Shown: piece after piece, positions 42,006-54,832 of the stretch
How the letters are laid out: every line of letters starts with the position of its first letter
How positions within the stretch are numbered: position 1 is the stretch's first letter
DNA from: the human T2T-CHM13v2.0 reference genome, Homo sapiens
Assembly: GCF_009914755.1 (NCBI RefSeq)
Contig: NC_060928.1
Reading direction: 5' to 3' (one strand)
DNA: 64,000 nucleotides
The notes under the pieces: generated by a model
The model's database searches: none
Seen by the model: the letters and a program-made list of their open reading frames with translations, nothing else
Told to the model about the DNA's origin: nothing
Position numbers and translations under genes: made by a program

Positions 42006-42486
42006 TTAGGAGCTCGGGTCCTCACAGCCCTGTTCCGAGACTCATGAACTCGGAGTCTCAAAGCCCAGATCCCATTCCCACAGAAGCCCGTCTTCACTGC
42101 CCGCTTCTGTTCCCTTCCGAACTCAGATTTTCTCAGTCTGCTTCTGCCCCTCAGGAACCTGAGTCTTCGTGGCCCCGTTTCTGATCCTTAGGAGCCCGGA
42201 TCTTCACTGTTCCTCTTCTGCCACTTAGGAGCCCAGGTCCTCACTGCCCCATTTTTACCTCTCCGGAGCCCGTGTCTTCACACCTCATTCCTTTCCGGTC
42301 CTCTCCTCTTAGGAATGCGGGCTCTCACAATCCTGTTCCTCCCAGACAGATTTCCCTCAGATACTGGAGAACTCACATCCATAGCCGTTCCCTAAGTCCC
42401 GTCTGGAGCCCGGGTCCCTACAGCCACTTCTTCTCTGAGCCTGATCCTCTCAGTCCCTTCCCAAGAGCCTGAATCCTCACAGCCCA
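42006..42486. repeat. Degenerate ~36-37 bp tandem array (about 12 units)
   Basis: Recurrent TTAGGAGCCCGGGTCCTCACTGCCC-like core starting at 42006, 42042, 42080, 42115, 42151, 42188, 42225, 42262, 42309, 42402, 42433, 42461. Confidence 0.75.
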
Positions 42487-42649
42487 TCTCATCCACAACC
42501 TGGTCCTGCGAACACTGACCCACTGTAGGTGTTGGTCCTGACTTCCTCCTCCCGCTCTTGTTCCTCAACTGCCAGAGCTCAAGACTCCCCAAGATATTTG
42601 GAGAGTTTTAACAGATCAGTCGAATTGGCTAAAAAGAGGCAGCTTGACA

Positions 42650-42890
42650 TTGAGTGGGTAAGAGAACAGATTTTGGAGCTAGTCCTCCTGGGTTTGAATC
42701 CTGACATCAACAGTTATAGCCATGTGGTTTTTTTTGGGAATGTGACTTAATTTCTCTGTATTTCAGATATGATGGTGATAAAAACAGTACAAATCTCATG
42801 GGATTGTTGTATTAAATGAGCTAATAATATTTGTAAAGCAATTACAATAGTAACTAAGACATAGTAAGCACTACCTAAGTGTTTGCTAAA
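42650..42890 (+). mobile_element. MIR
   Basis: 'cctgggtttgaatcctg...tcatgggattgttgtattaaatgagctaata...catagtaagcact'. Confidence 0.8.
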
Positions 42891-43069
42891 TAAAAATAAA
42901 GACATTGATTTGGGGGGGATTGCTACAGGATGCTCCGGTCTTTGGCCAGTAGGCACACCAAAGTGGGGAAAGAGGTAAGTGATGTAATTTGAAATTATAA
43001 GAAGGCATATATGTATGAAGAAATATTCTTGAAGATAATCCTTGGTGGGCATTGATTAGTTAATTATGA

Positions 43070-43300
43070 AAGAGTATAGTAGAGTGGTTAAAATTGTGGA
43101 CTGCTAAATTAGTCTGCATGCCTGGTCTTCTCATCACATGTACTGTGTGATTTTGGGCAAATTATTTAACTTCAAAATTAGAACTTTAAAGTGGGTGTGT
43201 GAAAAGTCCCTACCTCATGGCATTGTCATGAAGATTGAATTAAATAATCATCACGAAGTATTTAGCTTAGTACTTGGCAAGTAGTAAGTATTTAAAATGT
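43070..43300 (+). mobile_element. MIR
   Basis: 'agtggttaa...ctgtgtgattttgggcaaattatttaac...cctacctcatgg'. Confidence 0.7.
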
Positions 43301-43314
43301 GACTGAAAAAATTA

Positions 43315-43677
<363 letters not shown>

Positions 43678-44396
43678 CTAGAACCTTCAGTTCTTTCCCT
43701 GTTACTGAGTCAGATAAAATAAGATGGCATCCAGAAGGAAATAATGCATGTATGTTGCTTAGCACACTGACTGACATGTAGCAAGAACTTAATAAAATTT
43801 CAGGAGCCTCATCCCTGCCAGCTGGGTGGTGGTTCAGGATGGGAGATGTGAACACTGTGGTTGCCATGTTGGGTAGAGGTAGGAAGGTTTGCCTAAACCC
43901 GTTTCAGAAGGCATCTTCTCCAATGTCAGCTGTGTGTGTCAGAGGTGGGTGGGTCAGGGGGCTGTACATGATCAGGTGCCATGGAGCTGACTCCCAGCCC
44001 TGTGTCCTGGAACAAACTCCTGCTCTTGAGTCCCCATCTGCCTGCCAATCTGCATCTGATCTGAGATCACTGTGAAATCCACAGTAAATGTGCAAAAGTC
44101 ACAGACTACAATGAATATGAATTAACTGACGATTTTAGTTATTCATGCTATTGCCGTGCTAATTACTACAAATAATTTATCACTGACTGTGTATAAACAT
44201 AAAACTAAGCTACAATTTCTAGAGCTTAAGGCTTATATTGACATTTTGAATCCTAATTTTATTTGCAGGTAGCTGCCATCCAGCTTCTTTATAGGTTTAC
44301 CTAAACACATTACAGAGTTTTATTTGTCCAGTTGCAGGCCTGATGAGCAAAATTGAACTTTCTTATAACTTTCCTGCTGCTTCTGGGTATTTATTA

Positions 44397-44563
44397 TTTT
44401 TTTTTAGAGATAGATCTCACTATGTTGCATAGGCCGGAGTGCAGTGGCTATTCACAGGCACGATTGTAACGCACTACAGCCTCAAAGCTCCTGGGCTCAA
44501 GCAGTCTTCCCACCTCAGCCTTCCTAGTAGCTGGGACTTTAGGCATATGCCACTGTGCCAGGC
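44397..44563 (-). mobile_element. FAM (fossil Alu monomer)
   Basis: Diagnostic 'gtgcagtggctattcacaggc'. Confidence 0.85.
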
Positions 44564-45109
44564 TTTGCTTCTGGCTATTTAAAGTAGTTTATGGTGTGAT
44601 TTATTTTTAAGTTCATTCATTATTCTGTTCGTGGAACAAACTTTTATTTAGAATCAAATATGTGGCAGGTCCAGGTACCTCTTAATTTCTTTTTTAGCAG
44701 ACAAGGGGAAATTCTCATTTGAATTTAATTTGACCCCTACATTTGAGAGTATAGTTATAGTCTGTGTGGAGAGCTAAGATCTAATGTTAGTCTATAAAGA
44801 GAAAATTATATAGTTAAAAATATGCTTGAAAAATCCCTTAATTCAACCATAAACATAATACTCTTCAGGGAGTATAGCACAGCCATTTTCCCCCCTTTCT
44901 TTGGAACAAATCAGTATTTCTTCAGTTGAATAACAGGCTAAGTAATTGGAAATTTGCTTGTTTATGGGGTTTATGTTGTTTGAAATACACATTCAGGGCC
45001 TTTAGACTTACAGATCCACTTAATACCAAACATGCATGTGCCCTCACTGTGCCTATTTCTAACTGGTTGATTGACTGATGGATTGATTCATAGTCACTGA
45101 ATCAATTGA

Positions 45110-45720
45110 TTAATTGATTCATTCATAGTCACTACACATAGTCACTACACATAGTTAGTAGACTATGTGTAGTGACTATGCTTGATACTAGAGGTAGAAA
45201 AACTTCAGAAAGACAGTATTTGCTCTCAAAGAGCTCATAATGTGGTGGGGACAAGAGCCATGACATGCCCAAGTACAGTTGAGTGATGATAAGTTATAAT
45301 GACAATGCATTGTAACGTGCTATATGAGAAGCAGGCACATTCAGGAAGCCAATGGAGAACAGAGGAAGGAGCATAGCTCTGCTCAGGGAAGGGTATGTCT
45401 GATAATGTAGAGAGGCTTCTGGAGAGGTTGGATCTTAAGTTGGGTTTTGAAGAATGGGTTAACTAAGATGATGTATTAATTAGAGGAAATAGCATGTACA
45501 CGAAGGTGTGGTGGACGGTTCAGGGTGTATGGCATGGGGATGGTAGGACCTGAGCTTACGTTTCATGTTAAGCAAGTTGGATTTCATCTTCCATGTAATG
45601 AAGAAACACTGAAGGCACTTTAAAAGGAGAGATACCAAAGTGTGTTTTATAAATGGATGGCTTAGAGGGGAATGAGTTCAGATCCAGGGAGCCCAGAGAG
45701 AAACCACTGGTGAGAAGGCA
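45110..45720 (-). mobile_element. L2 fragment
   Basis: 'gctctcaaagagctcataatgtggtgggga', 'aatagcatgtac', attc-type tail; approximate. Confidence 0.6.
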
Positions 45721-46967
45721 GATGGGAATCCAGCCATCCTACACTCACATCAAACCTGAGCATTTTGGGGCATCCACTGACTAACAGCTGCCTTGCAGGG
45801 TGGGCTTTCAGCTGTAGATATTCCCTTTCCCGTGATTGTCCTGTGGGGTATCATCCCTTCTTCCCTTTGCTCTTCTTTCCTTATTCTGCTGCTGGTTTGG
45901 GTCTGGCTCTTGGTTGAAGAGCTGATGGTGGTGGGGAGGAGGGGACAGAGGATAAACATGCCCGTCGCCATCCTCTGTGCTGGTGTGTCATATGGAGGAG
46001 CCCAGCCATTTCATCTTGCCTGATTCCTGTCTTAGGACCTTTCTGATTTTCACACAAGAAGCCTTGAAGAAGGGTGATTGAAAGCTAAAAGAGTTTAGAA
46101 GGGAGCTTCTTTTTCCTGTCTGTAACGGTAAAACCTCTGAGAAAATGTTGGAAGGACAAAGTATTTGGTTTCTGACAGAGGAAGGAGACTACTGTATTCT
46201 ACAATGGAACTCTGGTCAGAAGCAGCACACGGTCTTTGTGGAAGCACGTGAAATGGTCCATTAAAAATATTAAGGAGCATGTGAGTGTGAGTGTAGGCTA
46301 AGTCAGGGAATGTCCTGAGGAGTCATGAATGAAGTCCTCCTTTCAGCACTTCATACCCTCCCCCACAGCACTTTCTCCCTTCATCTTTCACCTTCCCTGG
46401 TCTCTGAGCCTTTTCTCACCCCAGAGTCTCCATTCTCCTATCAATTATTTTCTTGCCCTTTGTTGCTGAGCCTGCTCCAGCCTTTCAGAAGTCAATCAAC
46501 AATCTGAAGACAGAGTTTAGGAGACTTAGCCCTAGCATGGAGAAGATGGAAAGGGAGAGTTTGATCCTAATAGTTTGAGGGACAGTTTATCTGTGGTCTC
46601 CCCAGTCAAAAATCCCGTGCATTTGCTCATGAGACAGAATCATGACCTCTGGGTCTGTAGGAGTATTAATACTCTATTCTCTGGGCCCTAGGAACTTTAT
46701 ATTTGACTTAACTGAAACTGGTTGGATTTATTTAGGAAATTATTTAATTCCCTAAACTAACTTCTGAAGTGGTATAAGCTCATTTTAAAAGACACTGAAG
46801 TGAGAGGTTAGTTAACTTTCTAAGCTTACACACAAAGTGTGCATCTGGGATTTTGTATTCAGTTTTGCCTGATTCTGCATGTGTGTTGGTGGACCAGCTG
46901 ATTGTACCTGACCACCATGTAGAATAATGTTTCTAGGGGAAATTAAAAAACAGAGTTACAAATGAGC

Positions 46968-47678
46968 TTTTTTAAATTGAAAATTTTATTGAGGTAATTG
47001 TAGATTCAAATGCGTATTTGAGAAATTATACAGAGAGGTTACTGGTGCAGAAAAGCTCCACTTTGCCAGATTTTCCCAAGGTTAACATTTTACAAAGAGG
47101 TAGTATAATGTCATAACCAGCATATTGGCACTGATACAATTCACCAAACTTTATTCACATTTCCTGTTTTACTTGTACTAATTTCTCTCTCTCTCTTCTC
47201 TGTCTGTATTAAGTTCTATACGATTTTATCACCTATGTTGATCCATGTATCCACAGATAAGATACTGAATAGAGCCAACCACAGGGGTCCCTCGTGTTAC
47301 CCTTGTTAACAACAAATACCTCCATCTTTAACCCCTGGCAAACATGAATCTGTCCTAAATCTGTCCTTCATTTCTAAAATTTTGTCACTCCATATAAATT
47401 GTATAATGTAGTTTGTAACCTTTTGGGATGAGCTTTTCTCACTCAGCATAACCCCCTGGAAATTCATTCAATTTGGTGTGTGTATCAATAGTTTGTTCAT
47501 TTTTCTTGCTAAGCAGTATTTCATGGTATGGATGTACCATAGTTTAACCACTCTCCTGTTGAAAGACATGTGGATTAATTCTGGACTTCTCTACTATACT
47601 TAAAGCTGCTGTAAACATTCATGTACAGGTTTTTGGGTGAACGTAAGTTTTTATTTCTCTGGGATAAGTGCCCAAGAG
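46968..47678 (-). mobile_element. L1MC-type 3' fragment
   Basis: 'ttttattgaggtaattgtagattc', 'ttttctcactcagcataa'; TSD-like TACAAATGA(G/A)CTTTT on both flanks. Confidence 0.8.
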
Positions 47679-50644
47679 TACAAATGAACTTTTAATACAG
47701 TTCATAAATCCAGAATTAGATTTGGCGTGATCTTGCTCTGGGTTGCATTTTCACCTTTTATCCAGTTCTCTCAGTCTGATTTTGTGTGGGGCTCTCACCT
47801 ATTTCCCTCTGGCCCTGGGCCTGTGTAAATTTCCAGGCTGATTAGGGTGCTCCTGAGCTCTGGGAAGGAGATTTGCTTCGCTTTGTTGCTGGCTGATCTC
47901 CGGGAGTCATCACTGCTATCAGTCATGCTTGTCAGTTTTGCCGCACCGATGTCCCTTTCCCCCAGTATGGATGTCCAGAGCTCCAGCGGTCTGCATAGTT
48001 AAGTCAGCAACTGTGTTCTGTCTTACTTCCTGTGGGAATGAAAGGCCTTCTTAGAGCCCCTGCGAAGTTTTTTTTTTTTTTTTTTTTTTCCCAGCCCCTG
48101 TGAAATTTTAAAAGGAATGGTTGCAGCTTTTTCTTGCCCTTTGGTTCCCTGTAGTGAACACATGTTGCCAAAAGATGGCAGTGCACTTTGCAGCCACTGA
48201 GATCGCTCTTCCCTGTCGCCTGGGGCTTAGAGAATTGTGTCTTGTTCTTTATGTGTATGTTGAAAATGTGCAGAGCAGATTTTACAAAACAACAAAAGCA
48301 CCAATAAAATGCTGTGAAGTTTAGAATCATGAAAAAAAAATCACGTTTGCAAATGGTTTATAATGGAAATAGTCCCCCACTTCTTAAACATGATTTGAAT
48401 AGGGAATAGAACTCAGAAATGTGTGTATGAGTGTATAATTTTAGGTGTCAGTACTGATTGTTATATTCTGTATAGCTCCTGAAAAAGACCTGTGAAATGC
48501 TGATTTTTGTCTTTCATCTGATCCAAGATTAGCCAAGTAACAGGCCTGCTTTTGAACTCTGAGACTGCAGTCCTCAAGTAAAGGCCCTTGTATACACTTA
48601 GTTTTCATGGCAAAAATGGCTAATAATAAAACTCTTCACTTGCTAGCATTGGTCACTCCCCTGTGTGCGTCACTTTGGTGTGCGTCTGTGGGCATGTGTG
48701 TAAAGAACTGTTTAAACATTGGCTATGCACCAGAAAGCTGTGTGAAGTGAGAGATTATGGGGTTCACCGGATGTCATAAACAGACCAAGCTGGTGAGGAT
48801 AAAGTGGGATGAGTTGAAATACAAGATTAGCTAATAAACTTTAAGCTGCATGCACGGAGAGAACCAGTGATATTAAACTCTGGTATGGGCATGTTAAACA
48901 CTGGTGCCCTGCTGCTCTCTAGGGTGCCATCCCCGATGCCTTTTGGGATGGAATCAAAAAGCCCTGCTATGAACTTGATCCATGTGCAGCATCGTTAAGT
49001 GCAGAGCAGGCTGTGGAAGAGAGTGGGCTAGCTCTGGGATTGGGTATACAAGCTCCGGAGTGGATCCTCTACACACCAGCCAGTGTGTCAAGGTTGGAGG
49101 CTCTGTTTCACTTCCCCTGAGCTCAGTACCGCAGTCGCTTTCATCCTACAGTTTACAAAGTAGCTGCAATCCTGGGTGGCAGGGAAACAGGTGGCTTCAC
49201 GGTAAAGCAGCAGGCTTTTTGCTACTGCATCCTTTGGCAAAAGCTTGGGCTAGGAGGAGAAATGTGCTGTGTAAAGTTTTAACCCTGAAAGCAGATGCTG
49301 TTACTATAGAGACAAGTGAAATGCTACAGTGGGAGGCGTAACAGGGGAGGGATGGGAGAAGGGAGGTGGGAGGGCAAGTAAGGCGAATCTAAAGGCTAGC
49401 ACACTCCAAGACCTTCAACCTTTAGCAGCACTGTGACGGGGCAGGCTTGCATTCTGAAACTTGTGTGCTGGCGGCCTGCCACGTGCTGACTGGCTGAGTG
49501 GCAGCTGCTTGCGCTGTGCGGACTAGCTGGTGAGCACGTTGGCAGTTGGCATGGGCTCTGGGGGTGGGAACTTAGAGGGGTGGAATGTAGATGGGTGCTC
49601 AAGACCCAATGGCTGACAGTTTTGCACAAATGTTTCTCATGCTGGGCTTAAGTCACCCTTACGAGCCTGCTCAGTGATTAGGACCGGCTGGTGAAAGCCG
49701 GTCCTTTTGGCAGTAGATATGACATGTGTTACAGTTAAATCATTGTGGTGTCCCAGAATAACAGAGAATAAGAAAAACCTTGCTTTGGGTGTGGACTTCT
49801 GTAGAAAGGGTATAACTTGTACGGTCAGAGGCCTGGCTGAAGGAAGGCATTATTGGCCCTGAGTGGATTTTATACTGACTGGTGTGACCCTTATCCCCGT
49901 GATGCTGGTGAGAAGCTTCCAAATCTATTCTGAACTTTGCCTCATGCTGGTGATGTGAGCAACCCAGGGAGCTTTTTAGAAACATGTTCTTCCCTTTCTT
50001 TGTTTTCAGCGAATGCAGGTTGTGTGAAAGGAACTTTTAAGAATGGGTTTGAGGGCCTGATTAAGGACTGGATGAGTTAATTTCTTCCTATTGATAGAAG
50101 GAGGAACTAGTTGGGTCAGATGGTTATTTTAAAAGATATCTCTGTCTTACTAATAATAGCAAGCAACTGCTGAGAGGATTTGCGGTGGGGAGGGACACGA
50201 ACCCAAATAATTGACATTTGTGGTGTAAAGATGAAGAAAAGGTGCTGAATTCCTGTATTTTGTGCAGAAGCCTAGGTGCACCAGGCTGGACTTACTTCTA
50301 AGGAGGAGTGAGGGCTGCTCTGGAGAAAGGCTGCTGTGGGTGTACAGGTTTTATATTTTCCATTTGCCTCACTCACCTCTTTTTGCTTCCTACAGGGAAG
50401 AGGCTGCTTTGAGATGCTCTGCATTGTCTGTCAGAAAGAACGAAGTTTCTAATTACTTGCTATGTATAGTCTTGGAGGGAATGTGAAATATGCATCAAAG
50501 AGCCAAGGAATGCACCAATCATTATTCTCTCTCTCTAATTCAGATGGAACATAGTGACAGTGCCTCAGTTAGGCTGGATGGTTTTCTCAGCCTAGGAAGA
50601 GGGTTTTTCTGAACTTTTCTACTATCCCCTCCAGTTTTTGCTGG

Positions 50645-50964
50645 TTTTTATTTTCTCTTTGTTTCTGTTTTTCTTTTTTCTTTTAGAGATGAGAATTCAC
50701 TGTGTTACCCAGACTGGAATGCAGTGGCCTAATCATAGCTCACTGAAGTCTTGAACTTCTGGGATCAAGCAGTCCTCCTATCTCAGCCTCCCACGTAGCT
50801 GGGACAACAGGTGCACACCACTGCACATAGCTAATTTGGAAAAAAAAATTTCAGAGATGGGTCTTGCTATGTTGCCCAGGCTGGTCTGGAACTCCTGGCC
50901 TCAAGCAATCCTCCCACTCGGCCTCCCAAAGCATTGAGATTACAGGCTGAGCCACTGTGTCAGC
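50645..50964 (-). mobile_element. AluJ
   Basis: 'aatcatagctcactg', 'ggcctcaagcaatcctccc'. Confidence 0.9.
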
Positions 50965-51399
50965 TTTTCTTCTTTTACTTCTTTGGTTGTTACATGCAAT
51001 TTTGGGAATGGCTTAGGCACAAGGCTAAACATTTTAGTTAGGAAATTTGAAAAAAAGGCAACAAAAGACTTTAGGACCAGTTCGATTAATAGTGGGGTGC
51101 AGAAATGATGTTCCACATGAAATTGTGTTGGACTCTATAGGTTGGAAAGGGTTAGTTCTGATAGGACTGGAAAGGGTTAATGTGAGCTAAACCACTCTTT
51201 TTTCTAAAGGGGAGCTGGCACTATTAATGTACGTGCAGTAGCACAGGGCTTCAGGATTTTGTTGTGCTTCTGAGGTCTTTTAAGAAAATTTCCTCATTAA
51301 ACTGTCATCCTTATCTATGTCTACAAATGTGTAATGGATGGGTTCTTGTCTTTTGAACTTATTTGCCTGGATTGCTAAGGGTAATCTTTGAGAAGGTGG

Positions 51400-52620
51400 A
51401 TGTGATTGCATTAGGCACCTTGTCTGTCTTGCTCACTGTAACTCTAGTGCCTTGGCTTGTGCCTGCAACATAGTAGTAGCATCCAGTAAATATTTACTGA
51501 ATGAATGAATGCAGGAAAGAGAAAAGAGAACTACTGAATGCCTCCTCTGTGTCTGCTACTGTGTGTGGTATGTAAAAATTATATTTGGCAATTAGAAGAC
51601 ATTGGTGATCATGACCAAAGTGCTTTTTACATCTCTTTCCATCTTTCTCAGCCACTCGGTAGCAGTACTCTCCTTTTGTCACTTCCTTGACATCACTCTT
51701 GCCTGGATTCTTACCTCATTGACTGTTTTTGTTCCTCTGCTCTGCTTGTAAATGTTGGCATGCCTCAGCACTTGGTCTTAGGTCCACTCCTTGATTTTTA
51801 CATTTTCTTCCTGGATGATCTCATCCAGTAATAGCTTCAGGTACCAGCTTTATTCATTGGTTTCCTAATTTTTATCTCTAATCCTGAGCCTCTGAGCTCC
51901 AGACTCAGACATCTACTTGTATGTCCGATGGCTCATTTTTCATGTGTAATAAGCATCTTATTCTTAAAGTGGCTAAATAGAACTCTTGATTTGTTCCCCA
52001 ACAACTTGTTTCTCCCATAGCCTTCCCCTGGCTCCTTCAATATTTTCTTAATTTCTCTTGTCCCCTTACTGTCCATTTTTCACATAGCAGCCAGGGTAAT
52101 CTTTTAAAAATGAAAAACAGTTCAAGTCACTCTCCATTTTAGAACTCTTCATTGGCTCCCGTAACACCTAAAATTCTGACTCCTTACCCTGGTTTTGTGG
52201 CCCAATCAATATCATCTCCTAAAGTTGACCTTCTAGCCCTGTCCAGCTGTACTAACTTTGTTTCTGTTCCTGCAACATCCTAAACTTGTCTTCACCTTAG
52301 AGCCTTTGTACTTGCTGTTCCCTTTGCTTGGAACACATTACCTGCAAATATTCACAGTACTGATTCCTTCCTGTCATTTTTGTCTCTGCTCAGTTGTCAT
52401 CCAGAAGCCTCATGTGAACCACCCTGTGCCAAGCAGTCCCTGCCTCATTTTATTTTCCACAAAGTGCTTAATGCTATCTGAGATTACCTTGTTCATCTAT
52501 TCAGTATTAATTCTTGCGAACTTTGTTTCTCTGATTCACAGATATATTTCCCTCTCTCTGAAGAGTATGAGGAACATAGCAGGCACTAAATAAATATTTG
52601 CTGAACCAGTGAATATACTT
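51400..52620 (+). mobile_element. L2 fragments
   Basis: Two L2 3' ends ('aaatatttactgaatgaatgaatg' ~51500; 'aaataaatatttgctgaa' ~52600) plus L2 body motifs. Confidence 0.7.
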
Positions 52621-52670
52621 TATCATTTAATCCTCATGGGAACCAGGGGCTTAGAGAAGTTGGTAAATGA

Positions 52671-52989
<319 letters not shown>

Positions 52990-53244
52990 TCAAATCTTCA
53001 AGGAATTTTCTTTTCCACCAGAATCTTGATGGCCAACCCATATCCTGCTTGCATTCAGTTTTCTATTTTTAGTTTGAGTATAGAGAAGGAAAATGATGTA
53101 TATCAGGATGGGCTATTATATACAAGGCCGATATTATTGAAAGAAGAAATCTTGCAAGTGTCCAGAGGTAATGAGTTTCTTAATGCTATTGTCCACCATT
53201 GACTGGTCAGGGTGAAAAGGAAGGAAGCAGAAAGGAAGGAAATT

Positions 53245-53470
53245 TACAGTAATTAAACATGTAGTATGTGCTGAGTCCTGCACTGTGTGCTTTTACGTAT
53301 GTTACCTAATTTGAATCTCAAAGCCATCAATGCATGGTTGATATTATTGTGTTGAGTCAATGCAAGGTTGATATTATTACCCCAGTTTTATAGATGGAAA
53401 AACTGAGACTTAAAAAAGCTAAAAACTTTGCTCCAGGTAGCACACTTGTTCAGTGGTAGAGCTAGATTTC
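53245..53470 (-). mobile_element. MIR
   Basis: 'ccccagttttatagatggaaaaactgagact...gtggtagagctagattt'. Confidence 0.75.
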
Positions 53471-54832
53471 TTAAACCGGGGGCTACCTGACACCAAATTT
53501 CTCACTTTTTATGTTATGATGGTTGCTTTGTGAGATGGATATGCTTCTAAAATAGTAAGGACAAAAATATGAATTCAATGCACATCCGCATAGATTATAA
53601 CAAATATCTGAAGCACAAGAATAAGTTATACAGACAATATGGAAAACAGACCTACAATATTCAATGCCTGAGCATATAATTGGATGAATAGAATACAGAA
53701 TGAACATTTGGTTCTCTGGCAGGGCTCATGTACGGTATGACATAGAGCAGCTGTCCCCAGAGAAAGTTCTTTGTTTCTAGACTGGTACTACACAAGCAGC
53801 ATTTGAGCAATTCAGGATTTCTTTCTGCTTTCACTATAAATAGACCTCATGGAATTCTGTATATCAAAGTTAATGCAATGAAAAGGAGCTGCAGAATATG
53901 GAAATAAACCTTAACTCATTCTATAAACTAGAAGCATGTTTGGCATCGGGAGGCCCTAAAAACGCTGTCATTCCTTGGATGGATTCTGAGGTCTTATTTA
54001 GCATATGAAATTGCAGAGTAGATCCTATTATGTAAGGAGACAGGAGGACAGCATAATGTGGTTACAAAATGAAGAACTTTGTGCCCTTCAGGGAAGAGTT
54101 AACAGGGCAGATATACATAGAGAAAGATGTGTGATAAGAATGTGGAAAATGAATGAATGGGTGGCATGTATCTGTGTGTATTGTCGAAGCCGGGTTGCTG
54201 GATAATCCTCAGATGTCAGATTTCCGTAAGGCCAGCATGTGACTCAAAGCTTGCCACTCAACAGAGAATACTGGGCTGTGCTGATATTAAGAGGCTGGCT
54301 GGAAGCTAGGCTCCCACTGTGCACTAGCCTACCTCCCTGTCGCTCTCTGCGTGTGGGTGGGTGTGCATGTGTGTGTGTGTGAGGGTATACATTTTATGCA
54401 GTGGGTGTTTAAAGAGCTAAGCACTGAAGCTGGATTTCCACAAACGATCATCACGAGCACTCCAGACACACCAAACTTCCTCTCTTGGTATTTTTTTTTT
54501 TTTTTTGCTTTCATCCTTTTTAAAAAGAATTTTAAAACCCTAAAGGGGAGAGCCCCCAACATCCTGCCTACAGGATTGGGATTATTTTCTCTTACCTGTC
54601 TATGTGGGTGCCCTCTCAAGGTTAGAACTGAAGCTATGTGGGACCGGCATATTCTCGAGCACCAGATGAGAGGAGCTGCGTGAAGCAGTAGCAGACACCA
54701 GAAGAAGAGTGACTCTGCCCTGCTAACATGAACAACAGCTTGCAGGTTAACCTGCCCAGAAGCTGGGCTGCTCCAAGTGGCTCGCTCCAGGAGAAGTCTG
54801 AGCATTCTTTTTTTCTTTTTTATTACTATAGG

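Noticed and set aside
42006-42486. Repeat-plus-variable-linker look suggestive of a CRISPR array
   Set aside because: Human DNA, highly degenerate repeats, short linkers similar to each other, no cas genes; kept as a minisatellite
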